From assembly GCA_963677495.2 (NCBI GenBank), contig CAXXOU010000004.1, positions 960,001 through 1,024,000 of the forward strand: 64,000 nt of DNA. The letters run 5' to 3'. The position numbers and the translations under genes are program-made. The DNA comes from Candidatus Cloacimonadales bacterium. GTDB lineage: Bacteria; Cloacimonadota; Cloacimonadia; Cloacimonadales; JAFGVF01. This document shows positions 1 to 10,394 of the stretch, piece after piece (the stretch's first letter is position 1; every line of letters starts with the position of its first letter). The notes beneath the pieces were generated by a model. It did not search any database. It had not been told where the DNA came from and saw only the letters and a list, made by a program, of their open reading frames with translations.

Positions 1-70
1 ATTCATTGGAATTAATAAGTACAACAATTCTTAGGAAAGGAAATACAAAGATTCCACTTTTAGTGGAGAA

Positions 71-264
71 GTAGGGCACGCAGCTTGCTTGCCCAAAGCT
101 CGATAGAGTTATTTATTCCCCTCTAGCAGAGGGGTGCCGTGTAAACGGCGGGGTGTTGAAACTTTGTATTATATGAAAGTTTAAATTGCAAAAGAGAACA
201 GATAAACAACTGTCAGTGGCGGAGCTTAGCTATCGCTAAGAGACAAGCTGGCAGCATGTCCTAC
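71..264. repeat. REPIN/MITE-like element with GTAG...CTAC ends (divergent copy) and a nested CCCCTCT-hairpin REP at 116-157
   Basis: Starts GTAGGGCACG and ends GCATGTCCTAC; shares AGCTCGATAGAG and CTGTCAGTGG plus a hairpin with 33853-34072; right end matches 25461-25501 inverted; 116-157 matches 25504-25546. Confidence 0.7.
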
Positions 265-276
265 AAAGGAGGAATA

Positions 277-1665
277 GTGCCATTTTGCAGTAAATGTGGT
301 AAACAGATAACAGATGATGATAGATTCTGCCCCGGGTGTGGTACTCCCAATAGAACGGCTTCATCAGAGACAATAAGTGCTAATCAGACTATAATTGAGA
401 ACAATCCAGGTCAATATGGTTTGAATGTAGGAGAACTCAAAAAAGGTTTTGAGATTGAAGGAAGATACAGGATTGAAGAAAAGATTGGTAAAGGTGGATT
501 CGGTACCGTATATAAAGCCTGGGATATAAATGTTGAGACTTGGAAAGCACTGAAAGTTATAGATAACATCTTTTATGATGATAAGATGGTTATAGCTAAT
601 CTCAGAAAAGAAGCAAAACTACTTATGAGTCTAAATACCGAGCATGTTGTTCGTATCTGGGATGTGCATCTCAATGGTGATATTAAGTTTATAGATATGG
701 AGTATATTGATGGAGGAGACTTAGTAGATTTAATGCTGTCATATCCTGATCGTAAAGTACCTGAAGACCGGTTAATTCCTATCTTAAAGCAGATATGCGA
801 AGGAATGATAAAGATTCATGACCATAACATCATCCACAAAGACCTAAAACCTCAGAACATCATGCTTACGAAAGAGGGTACTGTTAAGATAATGGACTTT
901 GGTATTTCCGAGACTTTTAGAACAAGTATGAGTCGTTTAAAAGAGAGTAAAAAGAGCGGTACACCGGCATATATGAGTCCTGAACAGCTTCTCGGAAAAG
1001 ATGTAGGTAAAGAGTCTGATGTATGGAGTTTCGGTGTTATGACTTACGAACTTGTAACAGGTAAGCAGATGTTTACTGGGACAAGTAGTAATGAAGTCTT
1101 CATGCAAATTAAGGAAAGAGATTTAGACATACAGGAAGTCAATAACTCAAAGATAAGAGTAATTATTCAAAAGAGTATCATCAAAGACTTTAATGAGCGA
1201 AATGGCTCTTTCGAGAGGATTGCTAATTTCCTTACACGAAGTGTTAATAATACAAGCTCGAACAATCATACAAATCCTAAACCAATTGAGAAAGCATCAT
1301 CAAAAGAAAGTGTGAAGACAGAACGTACTCATGTCAAAGTATTTGCTGCAATATCTATATTAGTAAATCTATTCTATCTCTTTGCTTATATAGGCTTAGC
1401 GATGGATGGAGAAGAATTTATAGTTCCTCTTTTACTTAATGGAATAGGTCTGGTAATAGTCATGATATTAAAAATACGAAAGCATATTAAGTCGATTCAA
1501 TTATTTAAAACGATACTCTTTGCAAGTATGCTATACTTTATATCTTCTATCTGGTTCTTTGTACTTAGTGAAGAGATGCCTATAGTGATGCTTTCTGTGA
1601 TATTATTTATTATCGATATTGTGATTATTCAGATTTATGAAAAGAGATCAATGTCTAAGAAATAG
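277..1665 (+). CDS. Hanks-type Ser/Thr protein kinase with N-terminal zinc ribbon and C-terminal membrane helices
   Basis: CxxC...CxxC; GKGGFG, ALK, HKDLKPQN, DFG, GTPAYMSPE; hydrophobic C-terminus. GTG at 277 follows AGGAGG, whereas the ORF-track ATG at 256 lies inside a REP. Confidence 0.9.
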   Translation: MPFCSKCGKQITDDDRFCPGCGTPNRTASSETISANQTIIENNPGQYGLNVGELKKGFEIEGRYRIEEKIGKGGFGTVYKAWDINVETWKALKVIDNIFYDDKMVIANLRKEAKLLMSLNTEHVVRIWDVHLNGDIKFIDMEYIDGGDLVDLMLSYPDRKVPEDRLIPILKQICEGMIKIHDHNIIHKDLKPQNIMLTKEGTVKIMDFGISETFRTSMSRLKESKKSGTPAYMSPEQLLGKDVGKESDVWSFGVMTYELVTGKQMFTGTSSNEVFMQIKERDLDIQEVNNSKIRVIIQKSIIKDFNERNGSFERIANFLTRSVNNTSSNNHTNPKPIEKASSKESVKTERTHVKVFAAISILVNLFYLFAYIGLAMDGEEFIVPLLLNGIGLVIVMILKIRKHIKSIQLFKTILFASMLYFISSIWFFVLSEEMPIVMLSVILFIIDIVIIQIYEKRSMSKK

Positions 1666-1704
1666 AGTTTTGACACTTCGTATTAAATACAATGAAATGA
1701 AAGA

Positions 1705-1745
1705 AAAAGGAGTGTTACATTTTATATAACACTCCTAAAATTTTG
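1705..1745. terminator. Bidirectional intrinsic terminator between convergent genes
   Basis: AGGAGTGTTA-cattttata-TAACACTCCT stem flanked by A/T tracts. Confidence 0.7.
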
Positions 1746-1756
1746 ATATCTATCTA

Positions 1757-2659
1757 TTACATTATAGCTTTCTTTTTCTCAACTACTGTGGAAACATGAA
1801 CAAGTTCATATCCTGCTTCTTTGGCAAGACGTAAGAACTCTTTGAGTTGGTTCAGTTTATTAGTTGATAAGCAGTGTGTAATTACAATAGTAGGATTATT
1901 CTTTGTATTCTTTTTCTCAAGTTCAACCAGCTTCTTAGCTGCGTTTCCTATTGAAGAGTCTGGAACATCCAAGAAGATATGTCTTCTGTTTGTTGGAATT
2001 CCAACAGTGTGGGCTGTCTTTTGAACAACTGATTTTGCATTCGTGAAGCTATCGATAAAGAACATATTGTTCTCTTTGAGTTTTTCACAAACAGATTTCA
2101 TAACACGTTTGTCAGCTGTGGCTTTACTTCCCATATGATTATTGATTCCAAGAGCATTGGGAAGTTGATTTATATAATCCTCCATACGAGCAGCAATCTC
2201 CTCATCTGAAAGTGATGTGAGAATGGCATTTTCTCCCGGATTATCTTTCGGATAACTGAGTGGTTCCATCGGAACATGGATAATTACTTCTCTACCTTGA
2301 AGCATTGCAGCTACCATGATATCCTTGCTATGAGGAAGATCAGGCATAATAGCGAATCCTACTTCTATTGGAAGATCAAAGAACTGTTCAATTCTATCAT
2401 TCTTATTCTGACCAAAATCATCAATGAGCACACAGAGTTTTTTGCCTGTATGCTTAACAACAGGCTCAGTTGCAATTGGCGTATCATCATGAGGAATCTC
2501 GGTTTCATCAACTTCTGCATACTCAGGTTTATCTTCATTCGCGACCTGCTCAGGTTTATTCTTTATCTTAGTACAGGTGATTGGGATAATCACAATCAAA
2601 GCGACCAAGAGTATGAACACCCAGTTCATGCCATTATTGTATTTCTTCTTTTCCAGCAT
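1757..2659 (-). CDS. Divergent polysaccharide deacetylase family protein (YibQ-like)
   Basis: LIDDFG, HVPMEP, GINNHMGS, FFIDS motifs; N-terminal membrane anchor. Confidence 0.85.
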   Translation of the reverse strand: MLEKKKYNNGMNWVFILLVALIVIIPITCTKIKNKPEQVANEDKPEYAEVDETEIPHDDTPIATEPVVKHTGKKLCVLIDDFGQNKNDRIEQFFDLPIEVGFAIMPDLPHSKDIMVAAMLQGREVIIHVPMEPLSYPKDNPGENAILTSLSDEEIAARMEDYINQLPNALGINNHMGSKATADKRVMKSVCEKLKENNMFFIDSFTNAKSVVQKTAHTVGIPTNRRHIFLDVPDSSIGNAAKKLVELEKKNTKNNPTIVITHCLSTNKLNQLKEFLRLAKEAGYELVHVSTVVEKKKAIM

Positions 2660-3224
2660 CAATTCTCTCCCAACTAACTACAGAGCCAACAGTTATTCCG
2701 GCCATATCGCTAATGCCGGCATTAATTTCTAGAACATACATGATTGGAGTATAACAAATGATTGGATCTTCGCTATAAGGTACAGTATCCTTAGATATCT
2801 GCACAATCTTAAAGTCCTCATCAATGAAAATCATATCAAGAGGGAGATACGTATTCTTCATCCAGAAGCTGATAGGTTGTGGTCTATCGTAGATAAAAAG
2901 CATCCCTTGATTGGGAGCCATCTTCTTACGGTACATAAGACCTTGTTCCATCTCTTTTGGTGTCTCTACAATCTCAATATCGAAATCACCGAGTTTATAG
3001 TCACCATCTTTAATGGTCATTGTTGCATGTTTGGTAAATGTAATCTCTTTTTCCTCTGCTTGTTCTGTAACAGTTTCTATTAGCTTAGAAGCAGCAATCT
3101 TTGAAAATACCACTTTAAAAAAGTATGAGAAGAGCAGGAAAGCAATGCCATACATCACAAGTTTGATTGTATTCTTTCTCTTCATCTCTTTTAAAGAGCG
3201 TTTCTGTCTATCAATATTAGCCAT
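2634..3224 (-). CDS. DUF192 domain protein with N-terminal membrane anchor
   Basis: QGLMYR, GMLF, FWMKNT.PLDMIF, YVLEINAG motifs. Confidence 0.85.
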   Translation of the reverse strand: MANIDRQKRSLKEMKRKNTIKLVMYGIAFLLFSYFFKVVFSKIAASKLIETVTEQAEEKEITFTKHATMTIKDGDYKLGDFDIEIVETPKEMEQGLMYRKKMAPNQGMLFIYDRPQPISFWMKNTYLPLDMIFIDEDFKIVQISKDTVPYSEDPIICYTPIMYVLEINAGISDMAGITVGSVVSWERIDAGKEEIQ

Positions 3225-3281
3225 TTAAACTCCGTTATTAGTAATAATCGTATTGCAGATAATATCTTTTCTGCGTCAAGT

Positions 3282-6155
3282 TTATTTCATCAGTACCATT
3301 TTTTCTGTTTGCTTAACATCTCCTGCTTCAAGACGATAGAAGTAGATTCCTGAAGCTACTTTGCTTCCATTAGAGTTCAAGCCATTCCACTCGATGCTTT
3401 GTTTACCTGCATTCATCATACCATCAACAAGTGTATTCACTGTACGCCCCTTTACATCATAAACTGAAAGGGTTGCTTTTGTATTATTATGTGCAATCGA
3501 GAAATTTATCGTTGTGGTTGGATTGAAAGGATTAGGGAAGTTGCCAAGAAGCTCTGTCTGAATCTGTGGAATGGAAGATTCATCATTTGGAAGTACATCT
3601 ATTTGCTCATTGAACTCGTAATAATTGCAGGAAATAGTGGCTTCTGTATCCTCAGGAGAATCAACATAACTCATCAAGTCACTAATATAAATCTCCATGT
3701 TCTCTTCAATATTCGGGATAAACAAGCACTTATACTGATCTGTGTATGCATAGTAACCGGCAGAATGAGTTGCATTGAATGTTGAAGGATGTGGCTCTAA
3801 TAAGTCTATAATTCCTATGAAAGCTACAATTTGTCCAACACCATAATTTATTATTTGGAATTCGGGCTCAGGACTAGCTTGGCTTGAGGGATAGTAGATC
3901 AAGTCAATACTAGGTTGCATTAACTGCAAATCTACACCACTTTGCACTGGCATTTGATCAAGATTACCTCGCATATATCTTCTGAGGATACCTGCGTCCA
4001 TATAGTCGATAATATCATTATTGTCTGTATTGGCAGTATCAAAAGAAGTAAGAGTCCAGTTAGTTTCTTCGTTGAGAACATAATCAGCGTACATATCAAT
4101 ATCTGATTTTGAGATAATTCTGTCATTGTTGATATCACCAATAATAGGTAGGGAAGAGGTGACTTCAAAGTTATCTATCTTCATACCATTAGCTGTAACT
4201 CCCTGGTCAGTATCTAATCTGAATCTTACGTAAAGATTATCATATCCGGTAATGTCATAAGTAAGTTCATGCCAGTTTTCAAAATCGTTATAACTATCAA
4301 TTTCATCCCATACAGTACCATTTGATGATACTTCCAGGTAACCGTAGTCATATCCCTCTTCTAAATCATAGAACATATCAAACTTGATTTGAACAGGTAG
4401 TCCACTTGTTTGGATAGGTGATGCGATTCTGGAATAGATATTAAGGTTGTTTGAATATTGACCTGAAGGGGAATCTGACAGCGTATTAGAGCCATTACTA
4501 TTTTCTATACCCCAGCTACCTGTTGTTTGCCAATGAGATAAACCTGATTCAAAGTCATCTGAGAAGAGAACATTCTCATCTGAGAATACTATACAAATAT
4601 CTTCAGAACTATCCCAGAGTGAAACTTCTGTGTTTAGGAATGTTGCTTCTGTGAATGCTACTACAGAATACTCACCTTGCATCATTGTTGCAGTGAAACG
4701 TCCTTCAGTATCAACGTTAAATGAATTCTCTGCATCGAAAGTTAACTGACCAGCATTAAAGAGCGTTCCATTACCATGTCTTGCAACTCCATTAAAAGTT
4801 ATCTCTTGAGCCTGAGCTAATTCAAAGTTAACTGTTACATGTCCGGAAGCAGGAACAACCACATCTTCTACAGTAACGCTTCTATAGCCATCTTTTCTGG
4901 CTGTAATAGTATATGTGCCCGGTAACAACAATCTATGATAATCGCCTACATTTGGATGGGATAATATGGTTTTAGCATTACCCTCAATTATAATCTCAGC
5001 TTCAATAGGAGTGCGTGAATCATCTGTAACTATACCTTTAATACCGTTTTGAGCAAATTCTATGTATGAGAGTAAAGACTCCTGATTCTCATTCCAAAGG
5101 CTAGGTAGTAAGCTTTCATTAGGCCATTTTACATCCCACTGCTCACAAGTTATGTCAAAGCAGTTTGTTGTGTGGTAGCTCCAATCCTGTATCGAACCAT
5201 GAGTTTCATACCAGGCATTACCGTTTGTAATACCATTATTGAATTCGGTACTATTATACATTGTTGAGTTGTTTTCTACATAAGTAAGGGACATCTCCTG
5301 AAAAAGTAGATCATCCGGAGCTAAGGTCGGAGTATAATCCCATGGATAATTCATAACAGTTGCACCGGAATGGAATACGAGACTGGCAGTGAAGTAATGT
5401 CCTTCTGTCCAGTTCATAATAGCTTGTGTTTCCGGTTGCCAGGTGTTTCCATCAGGATGTTGCACTCCGGCTGGAGTAGGGAAATTTCTATTTAAATCAA
5501 CTCCGTTTTGGTTGTATCTCTCATGGTTTATATATCCATCAGGATTCATCAATGGATTGATCCATAACTCGGTATTGTTCACAATATCTGTGATTCTCTG
5601 GTCAGTTCCATAATCATCTGTCAATTGGTTAATTAATCTAGCCATTTGGTCTAAACCAATAGGCTCATCACCATGAATAGTAGCGATGTATCTTACTTCA
5701 GGTTCAGCTTCATCCAAAGTAACATTATCAGAAATCTTAAGGAAAAGGATATCGTTACCATTGACTGAATCACCAATATCAATCAATTGGCAGATGTCAG
5801 GATGGTCAGATACAGTGTTTTGCATGAAGTTTACATATTCATTATAGCTGAAATAATCACGCATTGGGTCACGAGTGTTCTTAGTCTCTTCCCAAAGCTG
5901 GTCAGCATACTCTTTAGCCTGATTAGGAATGTAATTGATTGAATAGCCATTATTAGAAAGTGTATCTATATCATCTTCAAAAAGGTATAAATATATAGTG
6001 TTTCCTTGTACTTTGTCCACATCGATGCCGTGTTTGTTCATGAAATTGATATCAGCTCTGATATCACTGCTTGTGATTGTTGCAGTTTTGTATTCAGCAG
6101 TCAAAGACCCTACCAAAGACAGAATTACAACAAGTAAAGGGATAATCTTCTTCAT
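3282..6155 (-). CDS. Secreted M14 zinc carboxypeptidase with dockerin-like domain and FlgD-Ig/T9SS-like C-terminal domain
   Basis: Signal peptide; HGDE, NPDG, DLNRNFP, FHSG; GDINND...NTDNND duplicated Ca-binding motif; NFPNPFNP...VASGIYFY tail. Confidence 0.85.
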   Translation of the reverse strand: MKKIIPLLVVILSLVGSLTAEYKTATITSSDIRADINFMNKHGIDVDKVQGNTIYLYLFEDDIDTLSNNGYSINYIPNQAKEYADQLWEETKNTRDPMRDYFSYNEYVNFMQNTVSDHPDICQLIDIGDSVNGNDILFLKISDNVTLDEAEPEVRYIATIHGDEPIGLDQMARLINQLTDDYGTDQRITDIVNNTELWINPLMNPDGYINHERYNQNGVDLNRNFPTPAGVQHPDGNTWQPETQAIMNWTEGHYFTASLVFHSGATVMNYPWDYTPTLAPDDLLFQEMSLTYVENNSTMYNSTEFNNGITNGNAWYETHGSIQDWSYHTTNCFDITCEQWDVKWPNESLLPSLWNENQESLLSYIEFAQNGIKGIVTDDSRTPIEAEIIIEGNAKTILSHPNVGDYHRLLLPGTYTITARKDGYRSVTVEDVVVPASGHVTVNFELAQAQEITFNGVARHGNGTLFNAGQLTFDAENSFNVDTEGRFTATMMQGEYSVVAFTEATFLNTEVSLWDSSEDICIVFSDENVLFSDDFESGLSHWQTTGSWGIENSNGSNTLSDSPSGQYSNNLNIYSRIASPIQTSGLPVQIKFDMFYDLEEGYDYGYLEVSSNGTVWDEIDSYNDFENWHELTYDITGYDNLYVRFRLDTDQGVTANGMKIDNFEVTSSLPIIGDINNDRIISKSDIDMYADYVLNEETNWTLTSFDTANTDNNDIIDYMDAGILRRYMRGNLDQMPVQSGVDLQLMQPSIDLIYYPSSQASPEPEFQIINYGVGQIVAFIGIIDLLEPHPSTFNATHSAGYYAYTDQYKCLFIPNIEENMEIYISDLMSYVDSPEDTEATISCNYYEFNEQIDVLPNDESSIPQIQTELLGNFPNPFNPTTTINFSIAHNNTKATLSVYDVKGRTVNTLVDGMMNAGKQSIEWNGLNSNGSKVASGIYFYRLEAGDVKQTEKMVLMK

Positions 6156-6346
6156 AATCTCCTCTATTTGGTCATTGTTTTAGTAATGGAACAAATTACA
6201 GAAATATTGTCAATTAGTTTTAAAGATTGAATCAGATGTAAATACTGACAAACCGACTAGCCTAATATCACTACTAGTTTTTCTTATGTGTGAGATGTAA
6301 TTTGCAGATAAAAGTGTGTTAGCTGTCAGGTTCAAATGTTATATTT

Positions 6347-6423
6347 AACCACGGATGAACCACGGGTATTCCACGCCCAAACCACGCGAGTCGTGGTTAA
6401 CCCGCGGTTTACCCGTGGTCAAG
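6347..6423. repeat. 11-bp-phased head-to-head array (CCACG x4, then CGYGG x3)
   Basis: CCACG at 6349, 6360, 6371, 6382; CG(T/C)GG at 6392, 6403, 6414. Confidence 0.85.
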
Positions 6424-6525
6424 TATGAAAGAAAAGTAAAACAAAGGAGCGGATGGTATTCACTTAATGCTCCATAGAAACTCTAAGTGAATCTATTCTA
6501 TTAATTAGAAGATCTGATGGTCTAT

Positions 6526-8175
6526 TTAGAACGCAACGTTCTCGATTTTAGAATCATTTTTATATACGATAAGTTTAGTATTTCCCTTAAGAGTAGCATT
6601 AATAAATTCATTATTACTAAAAGTAGCATATAATGCTTTCTTGAAGTATGGTTTTGCAGGGAGAAGTTCTTGTGGTAACTCAGACTCAGGGACACGAAGT
6701 ATCTGATAAATACTATCTTTAAGTTCTTTTGCTGAGATTTGGACTAATGCTTTCGGTAAGTGTGGCTTATGAACATATAGACACCAGTCGTAACGTAAAG
6801 AATCCTTGCAATAATCAACAAACCCGGGATAATCCATAGAAAGATACTCAATTAATAAAGAATAGGCTAAATAGTAATCTTTTTTGGGTTCAAAACCTTT
6901 AGAGATGCAATGGCTCATCAGACCTTGGAAGAATCTGAAAGGGTTTTCGAGTCTAGGGGATAGGTAAGACATTGTATTTGGTAGTCGTTCACTATTATAA
7001 TAGAGATCAAAGAAATGAGTGAATTTATCCATATAAGTCAAATCCTTAAAGCTCATCCATTCATTCGAGAGAATCTGATAGGGAGGAGAACTCATAGACT
7101 TAATCTCATACTCTTCGGCATCTTCAGCCATTTCCGTACCTGGAAGAACTTTGAGAACTCCCAATTGCAAATATTGTGGAGCAGTACTGATTGCTTGATT
7201 AAAAGATTGCTCAAATGAATCCAAGTCTTCAAATGGCAATCCTGCAATTAAATCTAGATGAACATGGATGTTATCAAGTGTATTTAGTTGTCTTAGTATA
7301 GATTCAACCTTATCAAATCTACTTCTTCTTGAGACAGCATCTAATGTCCGAGGATTAGTTGTTTGCAATCCTATTTCAAACTGCAACAAACCTTTAGGCA
7401 TAGTCTTGAGTAAAGCAATATCTTCTTCAGTCACAATATCCGGTTTTATTTCGAAATGGAAAGTTGTATTAGGATTAAGTTCTGCTAAGTATGCCCATAC
7501 TTCTCTTGCGAATTCACGGTTTGCATTAAAAGAGCGGTCTACAAGTTTCACTACTCTTGGTTGGAAGCTAAGCAATTGCTTTAGTTCCTGTTTTACTACT
7601 TCAATCTCTTTGTACTCAAATGGGATATCATCACGAGATGATAAGCAAAAGCTACATTTATAGGGACAACCGCGACTGGCTTCATAATAGATGTATTTGC
7701 CCTTGAGCAGTTCTTTGTCGCTTTCTAAGTAGGGGAAAGGTAGTTCTTTGATGCTTATATGTTGCCCCTGAATTATTTCATACTCCCCGCAGAACTCGTT
7801 GTATGCAAGGTATTGAAATGCTAACTCACCGGGACCTACTATTATCTTATCTACTAAGTTAAGAGTTTCCTCCATAAATGGATTATCAAATGAAACTTCC
7901 GGTCCACCCATGACAATAGTACAATCCGGTTTGATAGCCTTTATCATAGGGGTAAGTTTAGAAATATAATCTGAATTCCATATATAAGCCGATAAGCAAA
8001 TAACATCACAATCAGACTCATTGATTAATGCTAAAGTCTCAAGAATATCTGCATTAATAGATGTTTCTTTAAGCTCTACTTCCATATCATAATCATAAAT
8101 CATTGTACGAAGGTAATAAAGAGCAAGGTTGCTATGTGTATAACGAGCGTTTATGCCTAATAAGAGTACTTTCAT
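6526..8175 (-). CDS. B12-binding radical SAM protein (DUF4080-type)
   Basis: MGGPEVS B12-binding region; SRGCPYKCSFC motif; start MKVLLL after AAAAGGA. Confidence 0.85.
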   Translation of the reverse strand: MKVLLLGINARYTHSNLALYYLRTMIYDYDMEVELKETSINADILETLALINESDCDVICLSAYIWNSDYISKLTPMIKAIKPDCTIVMGGPEVSFDNPFMEETLNLVDKIIVGPGELAFQYLAYNEFCGEYEIIQGQHISIKELPFPYLESDKELLKGKYIYYEASRGCPYKCSFCLSSRDDIPFEYKEIEVVKQELKQLLSFQPRVVKLVDRSFNANREFAREVWAYLAELNPNTTFHFEIKPDIVTEEDIALLKTMPKGLLQFEIGLQTTNPRTLDAVSRRSRFDKVESILRQLNTLDNIHVHLDLIAGLPFEDLDSFEQSFNQAISTAPQYLQLGVLKVLPGTEMAEDAEEYEIKSMSSPPYQILSNEWMSFKDLTYMDKFTHFFDLYYNSERLPNTMSYLSPRLENPFRFFQGLMSHCISKGFEPKKDYYLAYSLLIEYLSMDYPGFVDYCKDSLRYDWCLYVHKPHLPKALVQISAKELKDSIYQILRVPESELPQELLPAKPYFKKALYATFSNNEFINATLKGNTKLIVYKNDSKIENVAF

Positions 8176-8200
8176 TTTATCCTTTTGAGAGTATAAAAGA

Positions 8201-8225
8201 GGAGACATACAGCGTGTATGTCTCC
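8201..8225 (-). terminator. Stem-loop downstream of pepD
   Basis: GGAGACATAC-agcgt-GTATGTCTCC followed on the minus strand by TCTTTT. Confidence 0.6.
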
Positions 8226-8240
8226 ATAAATAATGGTTGG

Positions 8241-9701
8241 TTATAGTTCCTGCATGAGGTTTACGATTAAATCGTAAATCTTAGGAACATCACTTATCTT
8301 GAGTCTTTCATCAGGAGTATGTACATCGACAAGGTTAGGTCCAATCGATAACATATCAAGATTAGGGTATTTACTACCTATTACACCACATTCAAGACCC
8401 GCATGAATAACTTCAATTTTAGCATCTTTATTGTATAGCTTATGATAAGTAGCTTTTGCTTTTTCAAGAAGTGGAGATTCCCAAACGGGTTCCCAAGCAT
8501 CGTAAGGAGCTCTTTGTTCCATACGTGCTTTAGCAAGAAAAGCTAATCCTTGAATCTTCTCAGTTATATCATCAAGTGATGACATAATTGAACTTCTCTG
8601 ACTTGAAACTATTTCAACCTGGTCATCATGAGTTCTAAGAATAGCTAAGTTGTTAGATGTCTCAACTAAACCATCTACTTCAGGGCTCATTCTGTAAACA
8701 CCATGAGGGAAGGCAGCAAGAAGGTAAACCATTGGTGCCATTGTAGCTGTTGTGAAGCCCATTCTGTTGTCGTATTCAATCCTTTCTGATTTAAGGAATA
8801 GATCAGGGTCTGTTTTGCTGAACTCTCTTTGTAAGATTGTTTTGTGGTATTCAACCAAACCTTCAATGAATGCAGCATTAGTTGGTAAGGCATAGAATAT
8901 AGCTTCTGCTGTAGATGGGATAGCATTATGTGCTGTTCCACCTTCAACTTTTACAAGTCTTACTGAAACATTCTTATCCAGGAATAGGATTGTTCTAATA
9001 AGAACTTTAATCGCATTAGCAGTCTGTTTGTTTATCGTAATACCTGAATGTCCACCAACAAGTCCACCGACTGTGAGCTTGAATGGCACCATTACTTCCG
9101 GAACTTCTTCAAAATCAGCATCAAGATATAGTCTGGATTCTCCACCACCTGCACAACCTATAGTGAATACACCTTCCTCTTCCGAGTCAATATTGATTAA
9201 GTATGATCCTTTCAGAACTCCGGCTTCCAGTTCTGTTGCACCTGTAAGTCCGGTTTCTTCATCAACAGTAAAGAGTAGCTCCATAGCAGGATGTGGTACA
9301 TCTTCATCAATTGCCATTTGCATTGCAATTGCAAGAGCAATGCCATTATCAGCACCAAGTGTAGTGTTGTCAGCTCTAAGCCAATCACCTTCGATTATGT
9401 GTTTGATTGAATCTTTCATAAAGTCATGCTTGGAGTCGGGAGTTTTAACACATACCATATCCATATGACCTTGGAAAATCACACCGGGTTTATCTTCCAT
9501 GCCAGGTGTAGCAGGTACCCTGATTATAACATTGTTTACTTTATCTCTAATTGTCTCAAAGCCATGCTCCATTCCCCAGTCTGATAACCAGTCACTGATA
9601 GCATCTTCATGTTTTGATTTACGTGGAATCTTGTTAATAGCTTCGAATATATCCAGTATTTTCTGAGTTCTGGATTCACCCAATAAAATTGTATCTGCCA
9701 T
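8241..9701 (-). CDS. pepD: Aminoacyl-histidine dipeptidase (M20C)
   Basis: QGHMDMV, LGADNG, DEETG, IDSEEEG, GGHSG, HAGLECG, HTPDE motifs. Confidence 0.9.
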   Translation of the reverse strand: MADTILLGESRTQKILDIFEAINKIPRKSKHEDAISDWLSDWGMEHGFETIRDKVNNVIIRVPATPGMEDKPGVIFQGHMDMVCVKTPDSKHDFMKDSIKHIIEGDWLRADNTTLGADNGIALAIAMQMAIDEDVPHPAMELLFTVDEETGLTGATELEAGVLKGSYLINIDSEEEGVFTIGCAGGGESRLYLDADFEEVPEVMVPFKLTVGGLVGGHSGITINKQTANAIKVLIRTILFLDKNVSVRLVKVEGGTAHNAIPSTAEAIFYALPTNAAFIEGLVEYHKTILQREFSKTDPDLFLKSERIEYDNRMGFTTATMAPMVYLLAAFPHGVYRMSPEVDGLVETSNNLAILRTHDDQVEIVSSQRSSIMSSLDDITEKIQGLAFLAKARMEQRAPYDAWEPVWESPLLEKAKATYHKLYNKDAKIEVIHAGLECGVIGSKYPNLDMLSIGPNLVDVHTPDERLKISDVPKIYDLIVNLMQEL

Positions 9702-9771
9702 AGCATCCTCACTAAGTTTATTTTTTGATAGTAGAAATGAGGGTGTGGCTTATGTCAAGAATTATGTGATA

Positions 9772-10380
9772 TTAAGGATGAAGTAGACCACTCATAAAAC
9801 CAATTTTTACTCCTAGTGATATATGTTTTAGTTGAGATTCAAAATTATCACTAAGCATATTACTTGAGAACGTGTAATATATCTCAAACGTATAATCATG
9901 TATATGGCTCATCATTGAAACACTCCCACCGTAGGCAGTCTTGAAATTACTAATGTTAGGAGTATAAACATCATCTACTCGAGGATGGTAGTCAACCGGT
10001 ATGAATAAAACAGGATTCATACTAACATAGAATCGCTCTTTTACGGTTTCTTTTATCAAAAGTAGTATTCCTGTACTTAGATTAAGAGTGTGTACAATAT
10101 CATCCTGCCTAATCAGGAGCTTTTCACCGTAACCGGTTTTCATAGAATCGAAGTAGTGAGTACTACTAACTTCTACCTGTGTATTGAAGAATAGCTTCTT
10201 GTTAACATTTTTTACAAAGCCCATGGAAAGATTATAGTCATAGCTAGTAGTTTCGTAGTTATGATCATTACTTTGAGTAGCACCTCCGCCACCAACTTTA
10301 AAGGTAAATGATTGCTTTACTGAGAATAATGGTATAGAGAGGACTGCAAATAGTACTAGCAAACACGTTTTCTTAATCAT
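9772..10380 (-). CDS. Putative outer-membrane beta-barrel protein (divergent paralog 3 of 3)
   Basis: Signal peptide, alternating beta-strand pattern, similarity to the two upstream ORFs. Confidence 0.6.
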   Translation of the reverse strand: MIKKTCLLVLFAVLSIPLFSVKQSFTFKVGGGGATQSNDHNYETTSYDYNLSMGFVKNVNKKLFFNTQVEVSSTHYFDSMKTGYGEKLLIRQDDIVHTLNLSTGILLLIKETVKERFYVSMNPVLFIPVDYHPRVDDVYTPNISNFKTAYGGSVSMMSHIHDYTFEIYYTFSSNMLSDNFESQLKHISLGVKIGFMSGLLHP

Positions 10381-10394
10381 TAAACAACCTTAGC

